Assembly (NCBI RefSeq): GCF_018977255.1
Contig: NW_024704743.1
Coordinates: 2,296,001 to 2,360,000 of the forward strand
Direction of reading: 5' to 3'
Length of the DNA: 64,000 nucleotides
Source of the DNA: Callorhinchus milii
Taxonomy: Eukaryota
Part shown: positions 25,907-39,435 of the stretch, piece by piece
Layout of the letters: the number at the start of each line of letters is the position of its first letter
Position numbering within the stretch: position 1 is the stretch's first letter
Made by a program: the position numbers and the translations under genes
The notes under the pieces: model-generated
What the model saw: only the letters and a program-made list of their open reading frames with translations
Told to the model about the DNA's origin: nothing
Database searches by the model: none

Positions 25907-27602
25907 GTTCAAATAGATATCTGCTGTGAAACTGACTCAGGAACAGAACTAGTCCAGAACTCTCTTTCCCTTCGGCTACAGTTCCCAAACCGGATTGAGA
26001 AGCGAGTGTTTATATCTGCAGCTGGGATCCTGGTGTGCAAATGCAAATCCATATCTCTTAATTTCAATATTATTGTTTGTCACCCTGCTTCTCGAGGGAA
26101 TATTCAGACTAATTTTCTGATCGCAATTGCTGACGGATAGATGGTTTTTTATTCCAGATATTAAGGGGGGAATTCACGGTGTATGGATTTAACGCAGAGA
26201 TAAATGTTCTCTTGCTATTGAACTAAAAATGCCAACTTAGTTAATTGCTGGAGCCAGAGCCATTAAGTTAAGTAACTGCGTATTGCAATATTTCAAAGCT
26301 CTTTTGCATCCAGTGTCATAAGTCACAGCTTTACCAGGTTTCATTACCACTGACAGGCTAAAGGCAGTAAGGTGCACACAGCTCCACTTACCTGACAGAA
26401 TTTCCAATATAAATATAAACCTTGTTGATCCATTACGACACTTCATGAAACAATGCTGAACATCCGTTCCAACATTAGCTCAATACTGTGCCACAAACCT
26501 ATCGGGTTGCGTTCTCAGACTACGTTGTTCTGCAGATAAATACCGGCCAACATTTGTGACAGGAACACATATTTTGAATGGGCACTGAGGGAAGTTCTGA
26601 CCATTGAGTTTATCCAGAGGTGCCATGTTTGTTGGCTATTGCAACAATCATCTTCAGACAGTGGAGATGAACTCAAAGGTGTGTACAATGTTATAGCATA
26701 AAAAAAGGCCAATTGGCTCATCAAGTCTGCGCTGATGATTTTATCCACATGAACAATCTAATCTAATCAACAGCACATCCACTTGCAAAGTGCTTTGAGA
26801 CGTCTCGACGATGTGATGAGGCGCTATATCAAATGTAAGGATTATTATTTATTATTTATTATTGTTTATATATCATGAGGGCTAGCATCTTGGAGCACTT
26901 AATTGCACTCCTGTTCCACTTTAATAATTATAGTAATAATAATCCTTTGCATTTGGTATTGGGCCTTATCATATTGAAGTGTCTCAAAGAGTAGTGACTG
27001 TATTTGTAAGCGAGCATTCTGTTTCAAGTTTCCAATTCTCTTTTAAAGCATTCATCGACTCTGCTTCTAATGTAACTCAGTGATACGATTAATAATAATT
27101 CTCACATTTGATACAGCGCCTTATCACGTGTTCGAGACGTTTCAAAGCGCTTCAGAATATACTGTGAAGTGTAGTGACTGTATGTTCTGTGAGCGAAATG
27201 TTTCCTATCCAGCTGGCATTTCGGACTCTCGAAATGAAAGCAAAACATTGAAATGATTTAAAACAACCTAAAAATTATTAAAAATCTTCAGCTCGCTGAA
27301 ACGTGCCTTTTTTTGGGGGGGACCGGTTTTTACAGGGTATTTTTCTCCTGCCTGGGCACAAGCATTTTTATATTCCCTCCTGACTGTGAGTGAGCTGTTA
27401 ATTATCAGGTTATTTAGTGTTTCACACAGAGTTTGCTAGATTAGTTACTGGAATGTTATGAACTGCGAGCAACACGGCAGAAATGCCGTTTATCCTACAT
27501 TTGGCATATTCAGCCGACCCAGGTCGCCATCTAAAGAGCGACAGAAAACAACAGAAGGCACAGCGGAAATGTTCCTGATCAAAACCCGCGAATGCTCTCC
27601 GC

Positions 27603-27768
27603 GGAGTCCTGTAGTTTAGCGGTTAGATTGGAGCACTCGCCTCGCAAGCGAGAGAAACTGGGTCCGATTCCCGGGCAGGGTGAAGTATATCCTGTGAAGC
27701 GCTTTGAGACGTCGCGTAGGAGTGATAAGGCGCTATATCAAATACAAGGATTATTATTATTATAATAA
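27603..27768 (+). mobile_element. Internally deleted SINE (head fused to tail)
   Basis: GGAGTCCTGTAG...CCCGGGCAGGGTGAAG joined directly to TATATCCTGTGAAGCGC tail. Confidence 0.8.
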
Positions 27769-29097
27769 TTGGCATTTTTGGCAGCTATCCCAGGCTTGAG
27801 CTTTCCACCTCTTTTTCTTCCACTTTATTTTTTCTCAGTTTTTCCTAATTTCTTTTCGCGATCATTTATCTCCACTTCAATTCGCTCGCTGTTTGTGGTG
27901 CAAATTATCGGCTGCCATGTCTGACTACATAGCGCAGAATGTTCACTTAGTTTCCAATCAGTTATATTTTGTGAATAACTTGGAGAAGTTTTATAATAAA
28001 TTTGAATTTTTTTTTTAAAAATGTGGTCACTCAACCCGCGGCTGTCTGCGGGGACGCTGCTGTGCGCAATTGGCTGCCGTGTTTCGCCCGCAAAATATAC
28101 AGTTAATTCACTCTACAGTGCATCCAGTGAAGCGCTTTGAGGCGTCTCGAAGACGTGATGAGGCGTTATATCAAATGCCAGGATTATTGTTATTCATACG
28201 GCACTATCTAAATGTTATTATGAAAGCTTCTCTGAAAAGCCTGAGTGAATGAAATGAGGAACATTCTCATTCCTGTGGATGCTTCTCCACAAGGTGCATT
28301 GGCGTCTATCTGTGAGCCAGAATAGGGATTTGATATATTTTCTGGTAAATGCACCCTTCAGACAATTATGTTTCACTGAATAGTCTGAAACATCGTATAG
28401 CAGAAAATCATTTGTATTATGTTTTCCCTCCAGGTCAATCCTCACACAAGCACGTTAACACGGTTTGACGGGCCTGTGATATTTTCTGCTGTTGATATGC
28501 TCCGTAAAGTGCTCTTAAAACGCATTCATAGTTTATTCATCAGTTCCTCTTTAATCCAGCACTTTCAGTAATCTGGCCCATTATACATGTGTAGATTTGT
28601 TTTATTACGTGACGAGCCATGTGTCACATTTGTCATAGACAGAACAATAATAATTACCTGGATAGGTGAGGTGATAGTTAACAACAACAACAAATTATAC
28701 TTGTACAGCATCCTTCACATCGGAACGACGTCAGTTATTTAAGGAATGTGTGATGCACTCAAACACTTCAAGGGAACTCCAGCCACTAAGAGTTAAGTCA
28801 AAGTGGAACTTTTAATATTTAAAGTAACACAAAAGCTGCATAAGTCAACCATGGGAATTGTCTTACGTCTGTGTCTAAAGGGAATCTTACTTAGTGAGTG
28901 TTCCCGCTATACTCTTGGATGATTGCTTTGATATTTTTAGACCATATCCAAAAATAACACAACGTTAACCTTTTTTTGGGTTCTCAGTTCTACACTATAA
29001 ATAGATATGTCTTACAAGTTTTGCGTAACTTGAGAAGAAATAGAACTGTAGCATCGTAGAGAGGTACAGCTAGGAAGCAGGCTATTTTAATGACAGC

Positions 29098-29510
29098 AAT
29101 AACAATCATCCTTGCATTTGATATAGCACCTCATCACGTCTTCAAGACGTCTCAAAGCGCATCACAGAATATACTGTAAAGTGAATTGACTGAATTTGAG
29201 TGACCAAATTATTATTACTGTTTTCAAGGCGTTATTATTCCTGGAAAAGCGAACCAGACTGAAAACACGCCTGGTGCCAGAAAAGCGATCCGTTGATCCA
29301 CTGTGGGAGTGAACGGGGAGAGCAATTGTGTGGGTTGGAGAGTGTGGATAATTGGAGAGAATGATGTTCCAACTTACTCCCAGATAAACAGAGGCGTGTG
29401 TGTGTGTGTGTGTGGAGTAAAGAAATTTGCCCAACGTTTCGCCCTGCCGGGAATCAAATCCAAATCTCTCGCTTGCGAGGCGAGGGCTCCAACCACTGAG
29501 CTGCAGGACA
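29098..29510 (-). mobile_element. SINE carrying two foreign inserts
   Basis: Head and tail present; non-consensus inserts at ~29253-29280 and ~29300-29370. Confidence 0.8.
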
Positions 29511-30227
29511 CCACAATAAAATAAAATAAAATAAAAGCACGGATGAATGAAGGTGACATTTGCTGAGGTTCTCTCGACAGTCAAGGCACCATTTTCCTTG
29601 ATGTGGATGGCTGCTTCATCAAACTGGTTCTTACCATAACAACCACGTTTCCTGCCACAACCCGACTCACGTAAGATTGCAGATGGTAAATTAAAAGTTT
29701 TGAGTCATTTAGGTGTGCGAGGAGGAGGAGAGAAGTAGGCAAGTTGGTTGTGCATGTGACTTCTTTACAACACAGGAAACTGTGTAAATAGCCCATAATG
29801 AACAGTGGCTACTGACCTTTATTTGATTAATGGGAGATCTGCAAGATTTCTTAACACCAGATTGCAAAACAGGCGATAAAAAGTTTACAGACATTTCATT
29901 GAAAAGGGGATTCGATCCAACTTTTCAGAATCTTGCCTTAAAGTCGATCTCTTCCTCGTGATATAAAATATTCACACGGAGATATACGTGCCGTAAAACA
30001 GTGTTTTTTTTAAGTGTTTTTTAGAAAAAGTAGTTTGCTTTGTTTGTGCAAGAAATGAATAATGTAAGAGTGGCCGACTGAAAACACGCCTGGTGCCAGT
30101 TTATAGCAATGTCTATCTGCGGGCTCACAGCAAAGCGTAGCTGCTCGCTAAGTGCAGATGGGGCCCTACTTTGTTCTTAACGGTACTCGTACAAGTGGGA
30201 TGGCGTGAGTCTGGCTCAATTGGTAGT

Positions 30228-30475
30228 GCTCCAGCTGGGTTTTGACGTCTCATCCGAAGGACAGCACTTCCAGCAACGCAACCCCCACCCCCCCACCCAA
30301 CCCCCACCCCCCACCCAACCCCCACCTCGCATCACCCCCCCAGCGCTGTATTGGAGCGTCAGCTTAGACTGTGTGATTACAAGTCCTGACATAGGGGGCT
30401 TGAACCCACAACATTCTGACTCAAGAGGCGAGAGAGAGAGAGAGAGAGAAAGAGCTGCCACTGAGTCAGGCCGAC
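30228..30475 (-). mobile_element. DeuSINE 5' part with C-rich and (GA)n expansions
   Basis: Reverse complement of GGCCTGACTCAGTGGCAGC..TTGTGGGTTCAAGCCCC..TCTAAGCTGACGCTCCAATACAGCGCTG. Confidence 0.7.
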
Positions 30476-33400
30476 ACCTCTTCAAGGGCCAAAACAATCG
30501 TTTGGTATGTTCATGGCGATGTTATTTGCTGTTGAGTTTGAAACTGAAAGGATTGTTAGAAGGAAGGCCACTGTTTTACATTCAGATTCTTTCCAAAAAG
30601 ACATTACAAAGTTATTTTTTTACACACACACACACACACAATACAATGTACATTTATGAGGCCCCTTTCACGTTGGAAGGGTATCTCAAAGCACTTTTTG
30701 TGTGAAAGATGCTCTGGAAATGCAAGTTGTCAAAATGATCATTCTGATAAATTTCCTACAGTATTTGCTTCATTAAAGCATCATGAATAAGAGGTTGCCA
30801 AATGCTTACCATCAAAAAAAAGCTTTCTGAATTTTAGAGGCTTTTGAAATGGTGAATAGTTTAAATATGAGTTTCCCAGGTTGGTGAGTCAGCAACGAGA
30901 GGTTATTAATTGATTGAAGAAAAAAAAAGTTTCGGAGTTTAGAAGAATGTTTCTTGTGCTGAAGATTATTAATAATAATAATAATAAAAATAATCCTTGC
31001 ATTTGATATTGCACCTTTCATATCAGGGGGAGGTTTTAAAGTGCTTTGCAGGATTTAGTATGAAGTGTAGTGGCAAATGGCTGTTAAAAGTTAATGGGGC
31101 GTTCTGAGAGGATGCAGGGGGAAAAGCCAGGAGACTAAATGGATAAGTATTTCAGAAAGCTAGCACAGGCACAAAGGGTGAAGCACAAAGGAAGGAGGAA
31201 AGTAATAGATCAGTCAGAGAGCTCCTGTACTGGGTAGCAGAGGCTTCTGCATTCACCATGGACTGACTGACTGACTGACGGAATGAATCAGTGTCCTGTG
31301 CTGTAAATATTCTATGAATTACTTAACAGAAGATTTAGATACACAAAGTTCACGGCATTCTGGTCTGTGGGTTTTTTTTTCCTTTCTGTTACTGTAATAA
31401 ATAATAAATAATAATCCTTGCCCTTGACACGACGCCTTGTCAAGTCTCCGAGACGTCTCAAAGCGCTTCGCAGAACATACTTCGGACTGTGCATTTTGTG
31501 GGCGAAATGCGGCAGCCAATTGCACACAGTCGTGGGTTGAGTGACCAAATTATTGTTATTTTTTTGTTTGAAGGGGTTATTACTTTGTAAACTATGTAAA
31601 AGCTATCGCAGTGTCATGATCGTTATCATGTCCTCATTGTTGGTAATCTTCTTAACATTGAGCGACCCCAAAATTCCACCTCGCCTTAGCCTGCGACTGC
31701 ATCTTATCTTAACAAGAAAGATCGGGCAGAATTTGGAAAACTCAGATTCTACTTTGCAGCGGCCGTCACCAACTTTATGTGATTTTTTTTTAATAGACTT
31801 TTTAATGACAGGAAACACGATTTTCGATCCTATGTTTGAGAAGCTATTGGTTGACACGGACGGGACCTGAGGGCTCTGTTGAGGTTTGAGTGCGAATCGC
31901 TGACTGTCCAGCACCTTGGGATGTGACAGGCACCATGTAACTGTCATTTGCTGTTGTTGTTGTTGTTTCTTCCGAACCATCATCTCTGTTCTGCAAATTT
32001 GGTTAAAAATGCGAGTTCTGCTTTTAGAAACACAGAAACATCAGAAGACAGCGTGTTAGATCTTGTCAGATCTTCTAAGCCAAATGCCCTTCGCCATGTT
32101 CCTTCATACCTCTGCTACCCAAGTATCTGTCAATACCTCTTTCAAACACCCTATTGCTTTACGCCGTAAACCGATTCAATTACTGCACCGGAGTAATAAT
32201 GGGGGGTGGTGTGGTGGCAAGGTAATATGTGGTAATTATTCCCAGTGATAATTAATATATCAAATATATTTCCACACAATGTTTGACCCAGTTTGATTTG
32301 GGATATTCCTACAAGGGATCAGGCTGTTAGCGAGGGGTGAGGGCGGGGGGTGGGGGGGAGGTGGAGGAATCCTATTTCATCGGGGACTTGCTTGATAAAA
32401 AGCCTCTTTCTCGAAGAATTTGGGGCATTGCATTCACCACTTTGAATTGAAGTGAACGTTTTTTTTTCTTTTCTTCTCTTCTCCCCAACCCCTGGCCACC
32501 GCCCCTCCCCTCCCCCCCCCCCCCACTCCACACCAAACACCCCACCAAAAAAAAAGACCCTACTTAGAATTTAGGTAATAGTACACGGCATTTTGGAGCA
32601 TTCTGACAAATTAACCTCCGAAACGGGCTTCTGCGAAAGATTACAACGCGTTGAATTGGATGGGTTTCATTGCTTTTTAACGTTCTTTTCCAATACGGTT
32701 ATGTATAATATATAACAGATATGTGTATATATATATATAAAAATCAGCCCGGTGTTAATCCTCTATTCATCAGATGCCTGGGTGCGTGTGAAATGAATCA
32801 TGTGGACAAAATAAACCACTGGCAGCCGCAATATTCCATTGTGTGCTAAGCTTCCTTAAGGGGCCTCTTCAGAGGTACTGCAGAAGCCACTCCAGACACT
32901 TCACATATTTGTGAAGAACATCCCTTTATACACACAGCACATTACTCACTAGTTGGGGACAGAGAGAGAGGGAAAAAAGCAGCAAATGAAGGGCCGGCTG
33001 AAGTAGGCCCAAGCTAATTTCTCCACACATTGGAAGATAATTGGAGCTGCAGCGATTTTTGAGATCTTGAATTCACTGAATACTTTGTGACATGGGAAAA
33101 GAAACCAAAGGGCTTCTGTACAATCAGGAGGGTTTTTTTTCTTGGCTCACACATAATCATTACACTGGGCCAGGCAGCATTTCTTTCTTTCGCCAACGTG
33201 GATGGGAGCAAAGACAATTTTTTTTGAAAAAAAACTCTTGTGAAGCTTTTTTTTTAAAAAAACACACCCTCTCAGAAGTTTTAAGAGCTGGAGGAAAGCA
33301 CTAACCGTGCTGGGCCAGGCTACGCTCTCGTTTCACTTGTCCAAACAGTCAGTGAGGGAGAGAAAGGAACGAAACGATGCTTCAGTTTGAAAAGTAAATC

Positions 33401-33558
33401 GTTCCCTCATTCGAAAAAACACCTCAAAGAGAAATGCTCGTCTTTCAATAAAATAATCTTTATTTCTGTTACCGTGCTATGGAAGTTAGACGTGTTCCTC
33501 TGTCTTCCTCATGTTAGCTTTTTCAAAAATTGCACTTTATCGAATTAAATGTCAAGTA

Positions 33559-33957
33559 GAATCCTGGAGCTCAGGGGTTAGAGCACTCGCCTCGCAAGCG
33601 AGAGGACCCGGGTTCGATTCCCGGGCAGGTCAGGGTAAGACATTGGGCAAGTTTCCTCACTCCACACCCACACACACACACACACACGCGCCTCTGTTTA
33701 CCGGCAGTCAGTAGGAACCCGGTTGTTAGTCGATTGGGGATCGCTTTTCCAGGGGGTAATAATCCCTTCAAAAAAAATTAGTCACTCAACCCGCGGCTGT
33801 TTGTGGGGACGCTGCTGTGCGCAATTAGCTGCCGCGTTTCGCCCACAAAACACACAGTCAATTCACTTTACGGCGTATCCTGTGAAGCGCTTTGAGACGT
33901 CTCGAAGACGTGATGAGGCGCTGTATCAAATGCCGGGATTATCATTGTTGTTATTAT
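33559..33957 (+). mobile_element. Full-length tRNA-Ala(CGC)-derived SINE (reference copy)
   Basis: A box AGCTCAGGGG, anticodon arm CTCGC-CTCGCAA-GCGAG (CGC), B box GGTTCGATTCC, (CA)n tract, internal segment and tail. Confidence 0.93.
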
Positions 33958-35207
33958 CCACCATTGCTGACTACCCACAAGCTAGGGTTTATGCAAAAGC
34001 TTCATCTCCGTATTACCTGCCCCTTCCTCAACCCTCCCCACCCACTGACTGCTAAACTGAAATAGGAAACTCAGTCTATGTAGAAACATAATGATAATAA
34101 TAATCGTGGCAGCTGATACAGCGCCTGATCACAGCTTCGAGACGTCTCAAAGCGCTTCACAGGATCCACTGTAAAGTGAATTGACTGTGTGTTTTGTGGG
34201 CAAAATGCCACTGGTCTACTCGCATTTGAGGTTTTATCGTTTCCGGCAAAATCTGGAGAGATCTCAACCGAATTCCCTGTGAACAGGCAATAACTAATTA
34301 ACCTGTGTTTTGAAATGACAGCAAAGCGGTGGCTGTAACAGCAAAATCATCCACGGAAAGCATCATCGGAGGTTACTGAAGGGGTTAATCTGCAGCCTAA
34401 GATGGTCAGGCAGCGTTACAGGTTTTTTTTTTAAAAACTGTAACTCAGCAAGTTTATTAAATCTGTCATAATTATCCCTAGCTTTCAAGCAGGGAGAAAG
34501 GGAGACATTTACACAGAAGCAGTCTGTCCCCATTAAATACATAAGCATGAAATTAGCAGCAATGGAGGCAGATAGCAGACCTCATTTTTCAAAAAGCCCC
34601 GGTTTAGGTGAAATAGATTGGAAGCAGTTAAGTGGATTTATGTAATTCACTGATTTAGCCACTAGCAGAGAGAGGATTGGGACAGCTGGTATGACTATAA
34701 TGCCCTTGACTGATCTGAAATTAAAGGCAAGTATTCTGAGCTGGCGTTGAGTGATTTAACAATATCATCATTAGTCAGGATTTATAGAAGTCGATTTATA
34801 TGAGTATTACTTCAGCCACTTTGTGTTTAGTGGATTATAAGTATTCAGTTCTGCCTTCTCTAAGTATTATTAAGTTAAGCCTGTATTCTGCAGGTCCTAC
34901 CATTTGACTGCCTGACTAGTACAGCCATAATAATTCCATATTACTGTACTTGGTCTGGTCGATGTACATTACTACTACAGACTATTCCCCACCCCCCCAC
35001 CCACCACCATAATAAACGGGGAAAACTGAATGTATAATATAAAAAAGCCTGAGAGACTAAATGTGGGATGTAATTTCTGTGCACTTGTTGATCTGTGCAC
35101 TACAGGTTTCGCCCACAATATATACAGTCAATTCGCTTTGCAGTGTATTCTGTGAAGCGCTTTGAGACGTCTCGAAGACGTGATAATGCGCTATATCAAA
35201 TGCAAGG

Positions 35208-35239
<32 letters not shown>

Positions 35240-35539
35240 AGATCACCCTGCTCACAATAAGGACTAGTTCAAACTAATCTCCATTAGGCTGGTTCCTAGT
35301 TGGGGAGATTGTGTTACTTAATAGATAACTTCCGTTTGTCTGGAGCATTTAAGGCAATAAATAGCTCCTGCACTCATTAAACACAGAGGCTGGAGGCTTA
35401 ATTCAGCTTGAGAGCAAAGAAAGATTTATGACAATGAGTCAAAATAAGCTGGGGGAAATTTCAGATGGCGTCAGAATAATGTTTAGTAATAATAACAGTA
35501 ATCATGATCTTTGAGTATAGTGTGTATAATGTCAAAACA

Positions 35540-35830
35540 GGGTTCTTTGAAAAGTGTAGTGACTGTATATTTGTAGGTGAGCCTGGCTTGATACCTTACA
35601 ATTTATATTAAGTTAGCACCTCCACATTGGGAGGCATCTCACAGCACAGTTTAATCTTCAAGGTTGGCAGGACACAAGGGGAAATCCCTTCTCTTTTCAA
35701 ATAGTGCAATACGTCAAGTCCACCCGGAGAGAAAAACAGGATCTCACCTTAACATCTCATCCAAAGGACGGTATTTCTGACTTTGCAGCATTCCCCCACC
35801 CCTGCACTGGCCCGTCAGCCTCCACTGCGA
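35540..35830 (-). mobile_element. Highly decayed DeuSINE
   Basis: CACTTTTCAAAG/GTCACTACAC tail motif and GTCCTTTGGATGAGATGTTAAG motif on the minus strand. Confidence 0.55.
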
Positions 35831-36192
35831 GTATATAGATCCAACGTGGAAAGTCAAAGTGAAAATCTGCACCTACTATATCTACTGTGTGTATAACATC
35901 CCCTCACGGCTGAAGTGGCATTGTGGAAAATTGGGAACTATTTCACGATGACTTGCTACTGGGCTGCACTTGTTAAACGATTGACCTTCAAGAAAGGACC
36001 TCTACTACTCCCCAAATAACTTCAACATTCAGTTACCAGACCACATTCCCTGTTGCTACAGTAACTCAATGTTTTCCAATAGTCCTCCCTTGTTAAATTT
36101 TACACAATTAGTAGAGGGATCCAAAAACAAAGGGATATCATCTTAAAATCAGCGCTATACCACTGAGATGTGAGATCAGAATACATTTGTCT

Positions 36193-36518
36193 ATAATAAT
36201 AATAATAATCCCGGCATTTGATATACTGTGGTATCACTGTCTTCGAGACGTCGCAAAGTGCTTCATAGAATATACTGTAAAGTTGAATTGACTGTGTATT
36301 TTGTGGGCAAAACGCAGCAGCCAATTGCGCACAGCAGCGTCCCCACAAACACCTCGTTGATTGAGTGCCCAAATTATTAATTTTTTTTCTTGAGGGATTA
36401 TTATCAGGCGTGTGGAGTAAGGAAACTTGTCCAAGGTTTCGCCCTGACCTGCCGGGAATGGAACCCGGGTCCTCTCGCTTGCGAGGCGAGGGCTCTAACC
36501 GCTGAGCTACAGGACTCC
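36193..36518 (-). mobile_element. SINE lacking internal segment
   Basis: Intact head joined to the 3' half. Confidence 0.88.
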
Positions 36519-38564
36519 ACTTATAAAGAGTGTTGTGAGAATGTGGAACCCAGAGTCTGGAAGGGCTGAAATCCATTTGGATGTTCAAAAGAGAGATAGA
36601 TACAGATAGAGAGATTCATTCATTCCATGGGAAGTAAGGGCATGGAAAAAGGCATAGAAATTTAATCTAAAAATCCGCTATGATCTAATAAAACAGCAGA
36701 CGAGTGTTGATGTGCTGAATGACCTCCTTCTGTTTCGATGTTCTTATATACTTAACAGTTTTTGTGCTATTTATTGCTATGAATTGTAATACCAGGTTTC
36801 GCCCACAAAATATACAGTCAATCCCCCTTACAGTATATTCTATGAAACGCTTTAAAGGTCTCGGAGATGTGATAAGGCGCTGTATCAAATGCAAGGATTA
36901 TTATTAGTAATACTTGATATGAGAGAATTCATTATATTCAAGCAAGGTTGATTTATTTATATTTCTCATAAATCTTGATCCATAGCATCGTGAAATAGAC
37001 CATATGAGAGTGAAATATGTTTGCAGGAAAAGCTCCAAAGAATATCCTGCTGCCTTCAAGCCTTGTTAATTATTTGTATTCCCAGTTTTCCGCAGAGACA
37101 AAAGGTTATACTGTAAAATGTAGTGACTGTATATATTGAGAGCGAATCGCGGCAGCCAATAGCATACAGCTGTGTCCCACACACAGCCATGGATTAAGTG
37201 ACCAAATTATTACTTCTTTTTTACTACCGCAAAGCTGAATTTTGAAATATAGCACTATTTCTCTGCAGACTCTTCCCAACCACCTTTAAGCTGCCAAATA
37301 TTAAGATCTAAATGTTTCTGAAGGTACGAGATAAAGAATGACCTATTATTAGTAAGTATGCTCACAAAGATTCTCCTTCCTACCCGCTGATCCAAACTGA
37401 AATATAATAATAATAATCGTAATAATAATATAATATGCTGTCGCTCAATGCAGGATCAAAGTGCACCTTTTTTAAGTTATTTTATACATAATAATGACCC
37501 TTATATTTTCGGCTTTCGAGCTCTGGTTTTGAGCTGCTGATTCACTTTAGTGGCCGAATGAATGATTTTTTTGTTTGTTACAAATTGCGACTCTCATCGA
37601 CGCTTTCTTTCTTAACCCAGTGTGAAGCTCCACAAATGCCATCAGCATACTTTGTTCGTTCTCCTTCTTTCTTTCTTTCTCTCTCTCTCTCTCGCTCTCT
37701 CTCTCTCTCACTCTCTGTATCAATGTCACCTCTCAGTGCATTTATTTACTGGGAGACCATTTTCATAGGTTTCCATAGTATAAAGATTCAAGCCTTGTTT
37801 AACTGGGTTACAAGGTTCCGAGCGAGAGAAGATCACAAACCCTGAACTGGGAGACAAAATAGCTGCTTAATTAGAGGGTGTGAGTGGTTCAGTGATATTC
37901 CTTAATGCGGGACATAGAACTTTTCAATATGCACGTACCTTTGCCTGGTTTACCAGCGCAGCATCTAACGCTTCCTTCATGTGCTTTTCGGACTTTTTTT
38001 TTCTTTCTAAGATAAATATTTGGTCCTTTTTTGAAGAGGCTTGTGTGTCTATTTCACAGAAATATCTATTTATATCAATGTGGCACTGTAGGGTTTCATT
38101 ACCGAAAAATGCAGGGCTTGGAGGTTCTGTACTATACTAAAGCCTTTGTGTGCGCGGGTATCTGTGTTGTGCGATAATAAGCAATAAGAATTCCTGCTTT
38201 TGGTGTAGCACCTATAAGATAATAATCATTGCATTAGGTATAAGCCCCTTTCACGTCAGAAAGCTGCTGACACAGCCCTAACCCGCCCGTGGAGATGAGA
38301 GTCTTACCAACCGAGCCAACCTGAGGCACAAGATCTCAAAGTGTTTTATGCATTTCCTGTAAAGTGTAGTGACTGTATTTGTAGGTGAATGCAGGAGCCA
38401 ATTGGTGCGTAGCTGTGAAGCGAATGACCAATTTCATCTGGAGGATTGTTGAAGCGCTCTGAGACGCCATCCGGCGTGGAGGGCACTATATCAATCCAAG
38501 TTGTTGTTGTTGTAAATGCCCAGCAGAAACTCCATACTGTTTCTGAATAGTGAATGAGCTTTTT

Positions 38565-39015
38565 AACAACAACAACAACAAAATGACATTTGTAAAGTGC
38601 CTTTCACGTCGGGAGGACATCCTAAGGCACTGAACAGTTAGGGATCAGGACCTGAGCGTGGGGGTGGGGGGGGAGGGGTGTGGAAAGGTTGGGATGAGGG
38701 AGGGCAGAGGGGGTAGGAGGGCGGCTGAAGGCACGGTCAAAAAGGAGGGTGTTGAGTCGTGCCTTGAAGGAGGCACGAGAGGAAGCAAGGCACGGGGATT
38801 GTGGGATGGACTTCCAAAGAGTGGGGGCAGAGAGCAGAGAGAGGGGGGGGTTTGGGGGTGCAGAGAGCAGGGAGTGGGTGGCAGAGAGCAGAGAGTGGAG
38901 GGGGGGAAGAGAGCAGAAAGTGGGGGGAGGGGTGCAGAGAGCAGAGAATGAGGGTGCAGAGAGCAGAGAGTTGGGGGGGCAGAGAGCAGAGAGTTGAGGG
39001 GCAGAGTGCAGAGCG
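38565..39015 (-). mobile_element. L2 3' end with expanded GGGGCAGAGAGCAGAGA minisatellite
   Basis: SAPTLWKSIPQS...FKARLNTLLFDRAF on the minus strand plus L2 tail; tandem ~20-bp units at 38820-39012. Confidence 0.8.
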
Positions 39016-39380
39016 CCCCCCCCCCCCCTACCCCACTGAACAAATACCCGAACTGGCGGACAGGACCTCGGCTTAACGTCGCATCTGAAGGCCGGCACAT
39101 CTGAAAATACAACTGTCCTTAAACGTCAGCGTAGACTGGGAGCTCGAAGCTTGGACACGAGGCCTGAACCTTCTGAACATCGGCCACTGATCCGACACGT
39201 ACAGCATTGGCCGTAGCCAAGGTTTGCAAAAAAAAACAAAGGGGTCAAAATAGTGAATCTGCGATCAATTAATTGTTAACGTCGTTGGAATTTGCGGTCA
39301 ACCAAGCCGGGGAATAGCTACAGACTAGGTATGAGCATGACCTCTCGCCCACACTGGGACAATGCTTGGAATCTGAAGTG

Positions 39381-39404
39381 TGTCAGCCTGGCTCAATGGT
39401 AGCG

Positions 39405-39435
<31 letters not shown>

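Noticed and set aside
33559..33630. tRNA-Ala(CGC) gene (and the equivalent heads elsewhere)
   Set aside because: D, anticodon and T arms are present, but there is no acceptor stem or Pol III terminator; the sequence continues into the SINE body
33723..34055. Recurrent ORFs of the type [43 protein letters not shown]
   Set aside because: These are translations of the SINE 3' half, not a protein family
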